From positions 1,984,001-2,048,000 of the forward strand of contig JBGANV010000001.1 in the NCBI GenBank assembly GCA_044222185.1: DNA of 64,000 nucleotides, in the 5' to 3' direction. The notes under the pieces were generated by a model that was not told where the DNA came from, made no database searches, and was given only the letters and a program-made list of their open reading frames with translations. Source of the DNA: Planctomycetota bacterium. Lineage in GTDB: Bacteria > Planctomycetota > GCA-002687715 > CAIWVZ01. Shown here piece by piece: positions 1-8,774 of this stretch (positions are counted from its first letter, which is position 1; each line of letters starts with the position of its first letter). Made by a program: the position numbers and the translations under genes.

Positions 1-2
1 AC

Positions 3-1181
3 GGCGATGGTGACCTCGATCTCTACGTGGGGCGCTACGTCGACTTCGATCTCGAACATCTGCCGAACGGCGGGAAGCCGTGCAGCTACCTCGGCATCAA
101 GGTGGCCTGCGGCCCCCACGGCCTCACACCTTCGAGCGACGTGTTCCTCGAGAACGTCGGCGGGCGGTTCGTCGACGCGTCGGCCAGGTTCGGGTTCGAC
201 AAGGTGAAACCTGCCTACGCACTCGGAGTCGTCGCATTCGACTTCGACCTCGACGGCGACATGGACGTCTACGTCGCCAACGATTCCGTCGCCAACTACC
301 TGTTCGAGAACCGAGGTGGCGGGCACTTCGCGGACGTCGCCCCCTCGCTGGGTTGCGACCTCGGCGAAGGCGGACGCCCGCAGGCAAGCATGGGGATCGA
401 TTGTGCCGACTACGACCTCGACGGCAGGCCCGACATCTTCATCACGAACTTCGCGAAGGACACGAGCACGCTGTACCGCAACGTGAACGACGGGAAGGTC
501 GCGGGCTTCTTCGACTCGACGGTCGTGTCGGGACTGGGGCCGCCCTCGTTCAACATGCTCAAGTGGGGCACGCGGATCCTGGATTTCGACCGCGACGGGT
601 GGCCCGACATCGTCGTGGCCAACGGCCACATCTATCCGCAGGTCGATGCGGCACCGCTCGACATGACCTTCCGCCAGCGCAACCAGATGTTCCGCAGCCA
701 GGGCCGCAACGGGCGGGGCCAGGTCACCTTCGTGGACGAGAAACCGGCCGGCGGGTTCTTCGACAAGGTGTTGTCGAGTCGTGGCCTCCTCGCCGCAGAT
801 TTCGACGATGATGGCGATCAGGATCTCTTCATCGTCGAGATGGACGAACCGCCGTCGCTCGGGCGCAACGACACGTCGTCGACAGGCCACTGGCTCGGCG
901 TGCGCCTGATGGGCGCGGGCATGAACCGGGATGCCATCGGTGCCGTCCTCGTCATCGAGGACTCGGGCGGACGCATGCGGCGGGTCGAGCGGACCTACGG
1001 CGCGGGGTTCTACTCCACCTCCGACGCGCGCCTGTGGACCGGTCTCGGTCCCTACACGATCAAGACGGCAAAGGTGATCTGGCCCGACCGCACCGAAACG
1101 CCGATCCCGCCCACGGCGATCGACGGCTACGTCACTGCCGACCAGGCCACCGGGACCGCGCGAGCCGGCAAGCGGCCATGA
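3..1181 (+). CDS. CRTAC1-family / ASPIC-UnbV domain protein with FG-GAP repeats (5' end outside the window)
   Basis: Frame is open from position 3 (GDGDLDLYVG). Repeated DxDxDGxxD motifs (DFDLDGDMD, DYDLDGRPD, DFDRDGWPD, DFDDDGDQD) and a C-terminal NRDAIGA...GFYSTSDARLWTGLG ASPIC/UnbV-like segment. Confidence 0.85.
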   Translation, partial: GDGDLDLYVGRYVDFDLEHLPNGGKPCSYLGIKVACGPHGLTPSSDVFLENVGGRFVDASARFGFDKVKPAYALGVVAFDFDLDGDMDVYVANDSVANYLFENRGGGHFADVAPSLGCDLGEGGRPQASMGIDCADYDLDGRPDIFITNFAKDTSTLYRNVNDGKVAGFFDSTVVSGLGPPSFNMLKWGTRILDFDRDGWPDIVVANGHIYPQVDAAPLDMTFRQRNQMFRSQGRNGRGQVTFVDEKPAGGFFDKVLSSRGLLAADFDDDGDQDLFIVEMDEPPSLGRNDTSSTGHWLGVRLMGAGMNRDAIGAVLVIEDSGGRMRRVERTYGAGFYSTSDARLWTGLGPYTIKTAKVIWPDRTETPIPPTAIDGYVTADQATGTARAGKRP

Positions 1182-2293
1182 GAAGATCCCGGGATGACCT
1201 GGAGATCGCGATGCACGGCCGCATCGCGGACGTCACGCTGCATGAAGCGTGGCTCGCTTCCGACCTTCCGGCAGCGCGCCGTGCGGCCGCTGCGATCGTC
1301 GCCGCCAAGCCCGAGTCGGCGATCCTCCATCTTCCGCCTGGGCGCATCGAGACGCGTGCCGCAGTGTTGCTCGATGCCCTCGCCACCGAACTCGAGCGCC
1401 AGTCCCTGAAGATCCGGATCGTGCCCGGGTCGCCCGAGCAAGAGCGCTTCCTGACGTCGTTCCGAGCGGCCTCGCCTGGCCCGCGCCCTGCGCCGCGCAG
1501 AACCCTCATCGAGATCATCGCCGCACACCAGCAGCAGACGATCGACTCCGTCTTGCGCTACCTGGACATCTTCCGGCGCGCGCTCGCGCAGCTCGTCCTC
1601 GGGCTCTTGCTGAGGGTCCGATGGCGCGGGGATGACTTCCTCGCATCCACGCTCCGCATGGGGCGCGACGCCGTGCCGCTCGTCGGACTCATCTCCATGC
1701 TGATCGGCGCGATCCTCGCCCTGCAGGCAGGTCCGTTCTTCGCCAGATTCGGACAGGAGATCCTCGTCCCCCAACTCGTCGCCATGTCGATGCTCCGCGA
1801 AATCGGCCCTCTGCTGACCGCCGTGCTCGTGGCAGGGCGCAGCGGCTCGAGTCTTGCCGCCGAGATCGGCACGATGCGGGTCGCCGAGGAGATCGACGCG
1901 CTCGAAGTGATGGGCGCGGACCCCGTTCGCGTCCTCGTCACGCCGCGCCTCGTAGCCATGGGCGTCGCCCTTCCGTGCCTCGTCGTCATCGCGGACGTGG
2001 TCGGAGTCCTGGGCGGCATGATCGTGGGGTCCGTATTCTTGAACGTGCCTGCCGTCGCCTACCTCTCGGAGACGCAGAAGGCGCTGAAGCTCTCGGACGT
2101 CGTCGGAGGGCTGGCGAAGGCCGTGGCATTTGCGCTGGTGATCGTCACCGTGGCCGCACACCAGGGATTCGCGACGACTGGGGGCGCGACCGGCGTCGGA
2201 CGGCGGACGACGAAGTCCGTGGTTCTCGCCATCCTGTGGATCATCATCGTAGACGGGTTCTTCACCTGGCTGCTGTACCGGATGGACCTCTGA
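1178..2293 (+). CDS. mlaE: MlaE-family ABC transporter permease with an N-terminal STAS-like extension
   Basis: REIGPLLTAVLVAGRSGSSLAAEIGTMRVAEEIDALEVMG signature and GVGRRTTKSVV. ATG at 1178 overlaps the upstream stop (ATGA). Confidence 0.92.
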   Translation: MRRSRDDLEIAMHGRIADVTLHEAWLASDLPAARRAAAAIVAAKPESAILHLPPGRIETRAAVLLDALATELERQSLKIRIVPGSPEQERFLTSFRAASPGPRPAPRRTLIEIIAAHQQQTIDSVLRYLDIFRRALAQLVLGLLLRVRWRGDDFLASTLRMGRDAVPLVGLISMLIGAILALQAGPFFARFGQEILVPQLVAMSMLREIGPLLTAVLVAGRSGSSLAAEIGTMRVAEEIDALEVMGADPVRVLVTPRLVAMGVALPCLVVIADVVGVLGGMIVGSVFLNVPAVAYLSETQKALKLSDVVGGLAKAVAFALVIVTVAAHQGFATTGGATGVGRRTTKSVVLAILWIIIVDGFFTWLLYRMDL

Positions 2294-2294
2294 C

Positions 2295-3113
2295 GTGGCA
2301 ACGAAGCCTACCGACGGTGATGCGGCAATCGTGATCCGAGGCCTCGTCTGCGGCTACGGCGACCGCGTGGTCCTGGACGTGCCCGAACTCCGCATCCGAC
2401 GCGGGCGCATCACCTGCGTCCTCGGCCCCAGCGGCTGCGGCAAGAGCACGCTCCTACGCAACATCCTGCTCCTCGAGAGGCCGCGCGCGGGCACGGTGCT
2501 CGTCGATGGCGCGGACGTGACGGAGCCGGACGGCCGTTCGCTCGCGGCGTTCCGTGGCAGGGCCGGAGTCCTCTTCCAGGGCGCAGCCCTGTTCAACAGC
2601 CTCACCCTGCTCGAGAACGTCGCCTTCCCGATCCTCGAGAGAGGTGGCACGAGCCGGGAGCTCGCTCGCCGCGTCGCGGCCCAGAAGCTCGAACTCGTCG
2701 GGCTCACTGAGTTCGGCACGTTCCTCCCGGCCGAGCTTTCGGGCGGGATGCGCAAGCGCGCCGGAATCGCGCGTGCCATAGCACTCGACCCCGACTACCT
2801 GTTCCTCGATGAGCCTTCGGCGGGTCTCGATCCGATCACCGCCGCAGAGATCGACGCGCTCGTCCAGTCCATCCGCGATCAGTTCGGAACGACGATCGTC
2901 TCGATCACGCACGAGCTGGCCTCGCTCCATCTCGTTGCCGAGGAACTCGTGGTGCTCGCCGACGGCAAGTTGCGCGCGACGGGCACCCTCGAGGCCGTGA
3001 AGGCCGTCGACGACCCCATGATCCGCGACTTCTTCGAGCGCCGCGCCCCGGAACGGAAGGACGCCTCACGACCTTTCGCCGGTCGGTTGGAGCCGGGCCG
3101 AAGTGCCACGTAG
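2295..3113 (+). CDS. mlaF: MlaF-family ABC transporter ATP-binding protein
   Basis: Walker A GPSGCGKS, signature LSGGMRKRAGIARA, Walker B FLDEPSAGLDPIT, SITH switch; lies between mlaE and the MCE gene. Confidence 0.93.
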   Translation: MATKPTDGDAAIVIRGLVCGYGDRVVLDVPELRIRRGRITCVLGPSGCGKSTLLRNILLLERPRAGTVLVDGADVTEPDGRSLAAFRGRAGVLFQGAALFNSLTLLENVAFPILERGGTSRELARRVAAQKLELVGLTEFGTFLPAELSGGMRKRAGIARAIALDPDYLFLDEPSAGLDPITAAEIDALVQSIRDQFGTTIVSITHELASLHLVAEELVVLADGKLRATGTLEAVKAVDDPMIRDFFERRAPERKDASRPFAGRLEPGRSAT

Positions 3114-3122
3114 CATGCCGCC

Positions 3123-4220
3123 GTGAACACGCTGTCGCGCGGGCAACGAGTTCAGGCCGTCCTGTTTCTCATCGTCGGCATCACCGTCGTGGTGGCTGCC
3201 TGTTTCTTCCTCATTGGCGCGCCGCTCTTCACGGCGCCCAAGCCGCGCTTCATCGTCCGATTCGCCGAATCGATCGCTGGCGTCGAGCCGGGCACGGCCG
3301 TGAAGTACCGCGGCGTGAAGATGGGCAAGGTCGAGGCGATCTCCATCGACGACAAGCACGACGAGGTCGAGATCCTGCTCGAGGTCGACCCGGACCTGCG
3401 AGTCACGAAGACGACGATGGCGAAGATCGCCTCCCAAGGACTGCTCGGGCCGTACTTCATCGAGCTGTCGGGAAGCAGCGAGGGGTCTCCCGAGCTGCCG
3501 CCCATGAGTCGGATCCCGACCGACGACTCCACGATGCGGCGCATCATCGAGGCCGGAACCACGAGCATGGAGAAGCTCGGACCCGTTCTCCGCAACCTCG
3601 AACGCCTCACCGGTCCGGAGAACGAGAAGCGCCTCCAGGACCTGCTCGAAGCCACCACGCGCCTCGCCAACACGACCAACGCGACGATCGAGCGTCTGGA
3701 TCCCGAGGCCCGGCGCGTCTTGAAGAGCTGGGCCGACCTGGGAACGGACGCGAGCCAGGTTCTCCACGACAACGTCGAGTCTCTCGACGCGATCGTGAAA
3801 GACACACGCGCGGTCGTCGCCAGCGTTCGTCGCTACCTGGAGGAAGGCCACCTCGAGCGGCTGACGGACGAGACGACGAAGACCATGCAGACCGGACGCG
3901 CCGAGATCAGTCGGGTGTCCAGCAGCATCACGAACTGGGTCAACGAAGACCGGATCGGAACACGGGTGTCCGATGCCGTCGCCGCGCTCGAACGCCTGGA
4001 GAAGCAACTGCACTCGGTGATCTCCGTGCTCGAGACGGAGGTCGTGACGGTGAGCCGCAGCGAGCTCAGTCCGACGTTGCGCGGATTCCGTGACGCGGTG
4101 CGCGATCTCGGAGACCTGGTGCGCGTCCTCCGAAACGACCCGTCGCTCGTCATCCTCTCGCAGCCGCGCGGCGAGGTGACGATTCCCGAACGCGCCCCTC
4201 CACCGGAACCCAAGAAATGA
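3123..4220 (+). CDS. mlaD: MCE/MlaD-family protein with a long helical C-terminus
   Basis: N-terminal TM helix, ESIAGVEPGTAVKYRGVKMGKV MCE motif, GLLGPYFIELSG, terminal LRNDPSLVI. Confidence 0.88.
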   Translation: MNTLSRGQRVQAVLFLIVGITVVVAACFFLIGAPLFTAPKPRFIVRFAESIAGVEPGTAVKYRGVKMGKVEAISIDDKHDEVEILLEVDPDLRVTKTTMAKIASQGLLGPYFIELSGSSEGSPELPPMSRIPTDDSTMRRIIEAGTTSMEKLGPVLRNLERLTGPENEKRLQDLLEATTRLANTTNATIERLDPEARRVLKSWADLGTDASQVLHDNVESLDAIVKDTRAVVASVRRYLEEGHLERLTDETTKTMQTGRAEISRVSSSITNWVNEDRIGTRVSDAVAALERLEKQLHSVISVLETEVVTVSRSELSPTLRGFRDAVRDLGDLVRVLRNDPSLVILSQPRGEVTIPERAPPPEPKK

Positions 4221-4816
4221 AGCGTCGCGCCGCGGTCACGTCCGCCTTGGCACTCGTGGTGCTCCTCGCCGCGTGCAGCATCGTCGCCGGAACTCGCCCG
4301 CCCGGCGAGGCCGAGACGTACGTCGTGAAAGCCCGATCGGCCGAGTCGCGCCCCGCGTCCGGCGGCCCCGTGATCCGGGTTGCGGACATCGAGGTGGCGT
4401 CCCACCTGCGCGGAGTGACCATCACGAGCGCGGGTGGCCGGGTCCAGACCCTGGTCAATACCCGCTTCGCGGCGCCGATTCACGAGATGGTGGAGGACGT
4501 GATCGTCGACCGGCTCCGCAGCTCCGGCCGCTTCTCGACCGTGTTGCCGTCGGGGGACCCTGGGAAGGCGGACCGCACGCTCCGACTCCAACTGCGAACC
4601 TTCGAGGTGGACGTCTCGGGCTCGCAGGATCTGGCGATAGCCGGCCTAGACGGAACGCTCACGCCGGAAGGTGAGCGAACCCTCCTCGCGACGCTTCACT
4701 GCCGCGGCGACTCGGCCGTGCGGTCGCGCGAGCCCGAGGACCTCGTGAGCGCCCTCGAGGCGGCGCTGAACGCGGCCGTCGATGCGCTCCTGGTCGAGCT
4801 CACCAAGGCGAATTGA
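4217..4816 (+). CDS. ABC-type transport auxiliary lipoprotein (PqiC-like)
   Basis: Lipobox LAAC, NTRFAAPIHEMV and LQLRTFE segments; usual fourth gene of MlaEFD-type operons; ATGA overlap. Confidence 0.78.
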   Translation: MKRRAAVTSALALVVLLAACSIVAGTRPPGEAETYVVKARSAESRPASGGPVIRVADIEVASHLRGVTITSAGGRVQTLVNTRFAAPIHEMVEDVIVDRLRSSGRFSTVLPSGDPGKADRTLRLQLRTFEVDVSGSQDLAIAGLDGTLTPEGERTLLATLHCRGDSAVRSREPEDLVSALEAALNAAVDALLVELTKAN

Positions 4817-4948
4817 CGGCGGATCGACGCGGGCCCGTCGCCCACACGTCCTGGGTCCGGTTGATCGCCGCGATCTCCGCGCATAACGTCGTCGTCCCGT
4901 TCGGGGGCTCCTTCGTCTCCGAACCCCGTTCCTGCGCGCGAGCCCACG

Positions 4949-5473
4949 ATGCCTTCGACCACATTGTTCGACATCTCGAATATCGACCTCACGCGGGAGG
5001 TCGTCCCGATCGACGAAGTGCGCTCGATGATCCCCCACCGCTTCGAGTTCGCGCTCCTGGACGGCATCGTCCACTTCGACCCGGAGTCGCTCGATGCCAT
5101 GGGATTCCACGATGCGCGGCCGGATGCGTTCTGGGTCCGGGGACACATCCCCGGTGATCCGATCTTTCCTGGCGCCCTGATGGTCGAGACCGCGGCGCAA
5201 TTGTCGTCGTACTGCTACGGCAAGCGCTTCGGCACGGACCCGAGTCGCTTCTTCGGCTTCGGCGGCATCGACAAGGTGAAGTTCCGCAGCATGGTCCGGC
5301 CCGGGCAGCGGCTCTACGTCCTCTGCAAGCAGATCACGCTGGACCGCCGCTACTCGCGCTTCGCCGTGCAGGGACTTTGCGAAGGCCGCAGCTGCTTCGA
5401 GGGCGAGATCATCGGCGTGACGATGCCCTCGGGTCGCGGCGGCTCGGCGAGCCGCTCGAATTCGACCACCTGA
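4949..5473 (+). CDS. fabZ: 3-hydroxyacyl-ACP dehydratase (FabZ/FabA hotdog fold)
   Basis: IPHRFEFALLD, GHIPGDPIFPGALMVETAAQ (catalytic His/Glu), VKFRSMVRPG. Confidence 0.88.
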   Translation: MPSTTLFDISNIDLTREVVPIDEVRSMIPHRFEFALLDGIVHFDPESLDAMGFHDARPDAFWVRGHIPGDPIFPGALMVETAAQLSSYCYGKRFGTDPSRFFGFGGIDKVKFRSMVRPGQRLYVLCKQITLDRRYSRFAVQGLCEGRSCFEGEIIGVTMPSGRGGSASRSNSTT

Positions 5474-5542
5474 CCGCGACCGGCACCCGAACGGGGCCCG
5501 GTCGAGAGTGTGCATTCGATTCGCCGACTGGAGGGCTCCGAC

Positions 5543-6961
5543 ATGTGCAGGCAGCTCCGTTTCGCGTTGGCGCTCGCGCTCGTCCCCTCGATCCAGACCC
5601 CCGCGCAGTCCTTCGACGACGTGTGGAAGGAGTCGGTGGCGACGCTCTGCCCCAAGTTGACCGAGCTCGCGCGATGGTGCGGAGCCAACGGGTTGGCGGG
5701 AACGCGTGACGACGTGTTCGAGCGCATCCTGATCCTGGATCCGAACCACGCGGAGGCCCGGCGTGTACTCCAGGACACGAAGCAGAAGGATGGCAGCTGG
5801 GCACGGTCGTCGAGCTACAAGCGCCCCAAGGACGGGCTGGCGGCGTCGGCCGAGACGTTCGCGGCGCGATGGAAGGAGACCGTCGGGCCGGTCACCGATC
5901 GTCTCCTGAGCCTGGCAGCGCCTCCGGAACGCGACACGCGGCCGGCGAGCGTGAGGTACTCGACGCTGACGCGGGTGGCGCGGCTGGATCCGGCGGATCC
6001 GCGCGCGCACAAGCTCCTGCGTGAAGTCGAGGTCGAAGGGCGATGGGTCCTGGAGGAGACGGCGGCGGCGCGACGCCAGCGGCCGAACGTGGCCAAGCAG
6101 GCCGCGGCCGCGAAGGCCGCCGTGCGGGTCGACGAGGGCGCACCGACGGCAGCCGAGCGCGACCTGGGTCCCAAGTGGAAGTCCGCGTTCGTGTCTCCCC
6201 GGGTCCGAGTCCTCGCCGCGACGACGAGCGCGGAGGCCAAGTCCATGGCCCAGGCGGCGACGGCCATCCTGGACGTGGCCGACGCCGTCATCGGCGACGG
6301 CAAGCCGCGCGGGAAGCCATTCACGATCTTCCACGTCGAGAAGGGCGAGGACGCCCACGCGCTCGTCGACAAGCACCCGCTCCCCGACGAGATGTCGCGG
6401 TACTTCCTCGCGTTGAAGGGCGGCGCCTGGCTTTCGGGCGACACGCTCGCCATGGCCGACGAGACGCCGACGGGACGCATCGAGTCCTCGACGCGTGCCG
6501 TCGTGAACGGGTATTTCGGCACCGCATTCGAGGCTGACATCTCGCTCGAGCCCACGCTGCAGGCGCTCTCGACCCTGATCGGCGCGCTGGTGAGCGGAAA
6601 GCGCCCTCTGCAGGTCGACGAAGCGAAGCTCGACGACGCGGCCGACATCAAGATGGTCTTCCGCTTGAACGACCCGAAAGTCGACTGGATGGTCGAGGCC
6701 CGGCAACTCTCTCGCGCAGGCCGATTCCTTCCGCTGAAGGACTGCTTCAAGGATTCGGCCGTGCGGATCGGCTCACGCGGTCAATTCGGAGCCGCGATCT
6801 TCGCCGAGTACATGCTCTACGGCCGGCATGCGGAGCTTCTGCCCCTGCTCGCGGAGATCGGCAAGAGCGGCGGCAGCCGGATGGCCGTGCCAAAGGCCCT
6901 CGGGTGCGAGCTCGACGAGCTCGACGTCCGAATCGCGCGGTGGCTCGAGGAGTACCCCTGA
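5543..6961 (+). CDS. Secreted hypothetical protein
   Basis: Signal peptide (FALALALVPSIQTPAQ), GC3-biased codons, two DP.H..A...L.....DG.W-like repeats; no family recognised. Confidence 0.7.
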   Translation: MCRQLRFALALALVPSIQTPAQSFDDVWKESVATLCPKLTELARWCGANGLAGTRDDVFERILILDPNHAEARRVLQDTKQKDGSWARSSSYKRPKDGLAASAETFAARWKETVGPVTDRLLSLAAPPERDTRPASVRYSTLTRVARLDPADPRAHKLLREVEVEGRWVLEETAAARRQRPNVAKQAAAAKAAVRVDEGAPTAAERDLGPKWKSAFVSPRVRVLAATTSAEAKSMAQAATAILDVADAVIGDGKPRGKPFTIFHVEKGEDAHALVDKHPLPDEMSRYFLALKGGAWLSGDTLAMADETPTGRIESSTRAVVNGYFGTAFEADISLEPTLQALSTLIGALVSGKRPLQVDEAKLDDAADIKMVFRLNDPKVDWMVEARQLSRAGRFLPLKDCFKDSAVRIGSRGQFGAAIFAEYMLYGRHAELLPLLAEIGKSGGSRMAVPKALGCELDELDVRIARWLEEYP

Positions 6962-7027
6962 GCCACGCGCGCGGGTCCGAGAACGGCGTCGTCGTCGCCG
7001 GGTCGTGCGTGTCGACGACGGAGGCGG

Positions 7028-7525
7028 TCAGCTTGGCCGTGCAACGGCCGGCATCGGATGGTCGAGCTTCTCGGCCATCAGAAACGGCTCGTCGATGGCC
7101 GGGACCTCCACCGTTCCCTGCTCGGGAACGAGTCCGTCCGATGCGATGTCAGCGAAGGTCGCTCGGGACAGGTACTGGCTGAACATGCCGTAGCCGCGGC
7201 GCAGGACGCCGGCGAGCCGTGCCGTGTAGGCACCCGCCGCCTGTCCAGGCTTGAGCCCGTCCATGAGCTGCCCGTTGTCCTCCAACGCAGCGATGACCTC
7301 TCCGAGCGTGAGTGCCTTCGCATCACGCGCCAGGCGGACGCCGCCCTTGCGTCCGCGAACGGCCTTCATGAACCCCATGTTCTGCAGGCGGCGGATGACT
7401 CGACCGAGGTGAGCCGATGAGATCGCGTAGTGGTTCGCGATCTCGTCCGTCGTCGCAGGTGTGCCCTTCGCAGCCAGGAACGTGAGTGCGCGAAGTGCGT
7501 AGTCGGTTTGCAGTCTGAACTTCAC
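7028..7525 (-). CDS. Rrf2-family transcriptional regulator (NsrR-like, no cysteines)
   Basis: TDYALRAL, winged helix with RGRKGGVRLA; likely GTG start at 7525 after AGAGGG. Confidence 0.88.
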   Translation of the reverse strand: MKFRLQTDYALRALTFLAAKGTPATTDEIANHYAISSAHLGRVIRRLQNMGFMKAVRGRKGGVRLARDAKALTLGEVIAALEDNGQLMDGLKPGQAAGAYTARLAGVLRRGYGMFSQYLSRATFADIASDGLVPEQGTVEVPAIDEPFLMAEKLDHPMPAVARPS

Positions 7526-7653
7526 GATTGATTGCCCTCTCGCGCTGACTCTTCGTCCCCTCGCGCGAGCGCGCTTGAGCAGAATGCGCGCGGCAACTCC
7601 CTGTGGGCACGGGCCTTGCTCCTCGGGGTCGAAACGATTCACGCGACGGTACG

Positions 7654-8361
7654 TCAGAGCGCGTCGACACGACCGATCGGCGGTCCGAGCGCGCGCATGA
7701 ACTCGGTGAACGTCGAATGCAGTGGAGCGCTGACGACGACTCGTCCATCCCTGCGAGACGGGAGATCGAGCGCTGAAGCGTGAAGCATCAGCCGAGGCGC
7801 TGACGCGCCCTTTCGATTCTCGTCGTAGAGCGTGTCGCCGAGGATGGGCCAACCGGCTTTCGCAGCATGAACGCGAATCTGGTGCGTGCGTCCGGTCTCG
7901 GGCTGGAACTCGATGAGCGCGACTCCCGAGGGCCGCTCGTCGCGTGCAGCCCAGCACCATTTCACGTCGACGCGCGTGCGGGAGGCGAGCGCCCCCTGCT
8001 CGTTCGCCTCACCGACGCGCATGCGGCCACCACGACCGGGGGCGATGGGCCAGTCGAGTGTTCCCCTCCGACCGCGTGGAATGCCGGCGACGAGGGCCAG
8101 GTAGGTCTTCTGCACCTCCCGCTTCGCGAAGGCGTCGTTCAGCCGACGGTGCTCCTCCGCGTTGCGTGCGAACACGACGACACCTGAGGTGCCCGCGTCC
8201 AACCTGTGGACGACCCACAGCGGGGCGCCACGCGACGTCTCCAGGATTTCCTTCAGGCTCGCGCCGACCGGGCCGTCGCGCCCGGGGATCGTGCACAGGC
8301 CCGACGGTTTGTCGACGGCGAGCAGGCTTTCGTCTTCGAAGAGGATCTGGGGCGCGGTCAC
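7654..8361 (-). CDS. RluA-family RNA pseudouridine synthase
   Basis: VDKPSGL, VHRLDAGTSG (catalytic Asp), TGRTHQIRVH, PILGDTLY, LHA motifs; start placed at GTG 8361. Confidence 0.92.
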   Translation of the reverse strand: MTAPQILFEDESLLAVDKPSGLCTIPGRDGPVGASLKEILETSRGAPLWVVHRLDAGTSGVVVFARNAEEHRRLNDAFAKREVQKTYLALVAGIPRGRRGTLDWPIAPGRGGRMRVGEANEQGALASRTRVDVKWCWAARDERPSGVALIEFQPETGRTHQIRVHAAKAGWPILGDTLYDENRKGASAPRLMLHASALDLPSRRDGRVVVSAPLHSTFTEFMRALGPPIGRVDAL

Positions 8362-8463
8362 GTGCGAGAGTAGCAGGACGCTGCGGGCAGGGGCGCCTGT
8401 CGCCCCGGCCCTGGTTCCGGCCCTGCGACGCCCGAGGACGCCACCCAGCCTTGGGATGGGCTC

Positions 8464-8620
8464 ATGTTGCCCGACGAGCCCCACAACCCAGGATCCGCCG
8501 TCATCGGCCTGGACGTCGATGCGGTGAAGGGGAAGTCCATCACAGAAGTCCGCCGCGTCGTGAACCGCCGCGACTGCGCGCTCGTCGTCGCCACCGAGGA
8601 CGCGCCGCCGGCCCTCCCCG
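8464..8620 (+). pseudogene. Truncated 5' copy of the hypothetical gene at 18104-19234
   Basis: MLPDEPHNPGSAVIGLDVDAVKGKSITEVRRVVNRRDCALVVATEDAPP aligns without gaps to MLPEQLHNPEVAALGLDVEALVGKSIAEVRRLVDRGDRALVLANEDAPP, then the similarity stops. Confidence 0.75.
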
Positions 8621-8774
8621 CCAAGCCGGCGCGCCGATGCCGAGGCAATCCCGAGAAACGGAATTCGCGATACGCAGGTTCTTGGCTCGCGAAATCGCCG
8701 CGTGCGGCGAACAAGGGGTGACCGACCGATCCCCCGAACCCCGGCATGGGCCGGGCTCACTTCGAGATCACCCG

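Noticed and set aside
4646-6706. Long antisense and alternate-frame ORFs (also 27850-29691, 29609-31951, 41933-44998, 49812-52493, 52478-54484, 17404-19395)
   Set aside because: Shadow ORFs of GC3-biased real genes; Arg/Pro/Ala-rich with no motifs.
7944-8774. 5' extensions in the ORF track (1532-aa, 1604-aa, 844-aa, 1104-aa and 1043-aa ORFs)
   Set aside because: They overlap real genes or spacers; true starts are placed at signal peptides or domain starts (8775, 24849, 24689, 50139, 14136).
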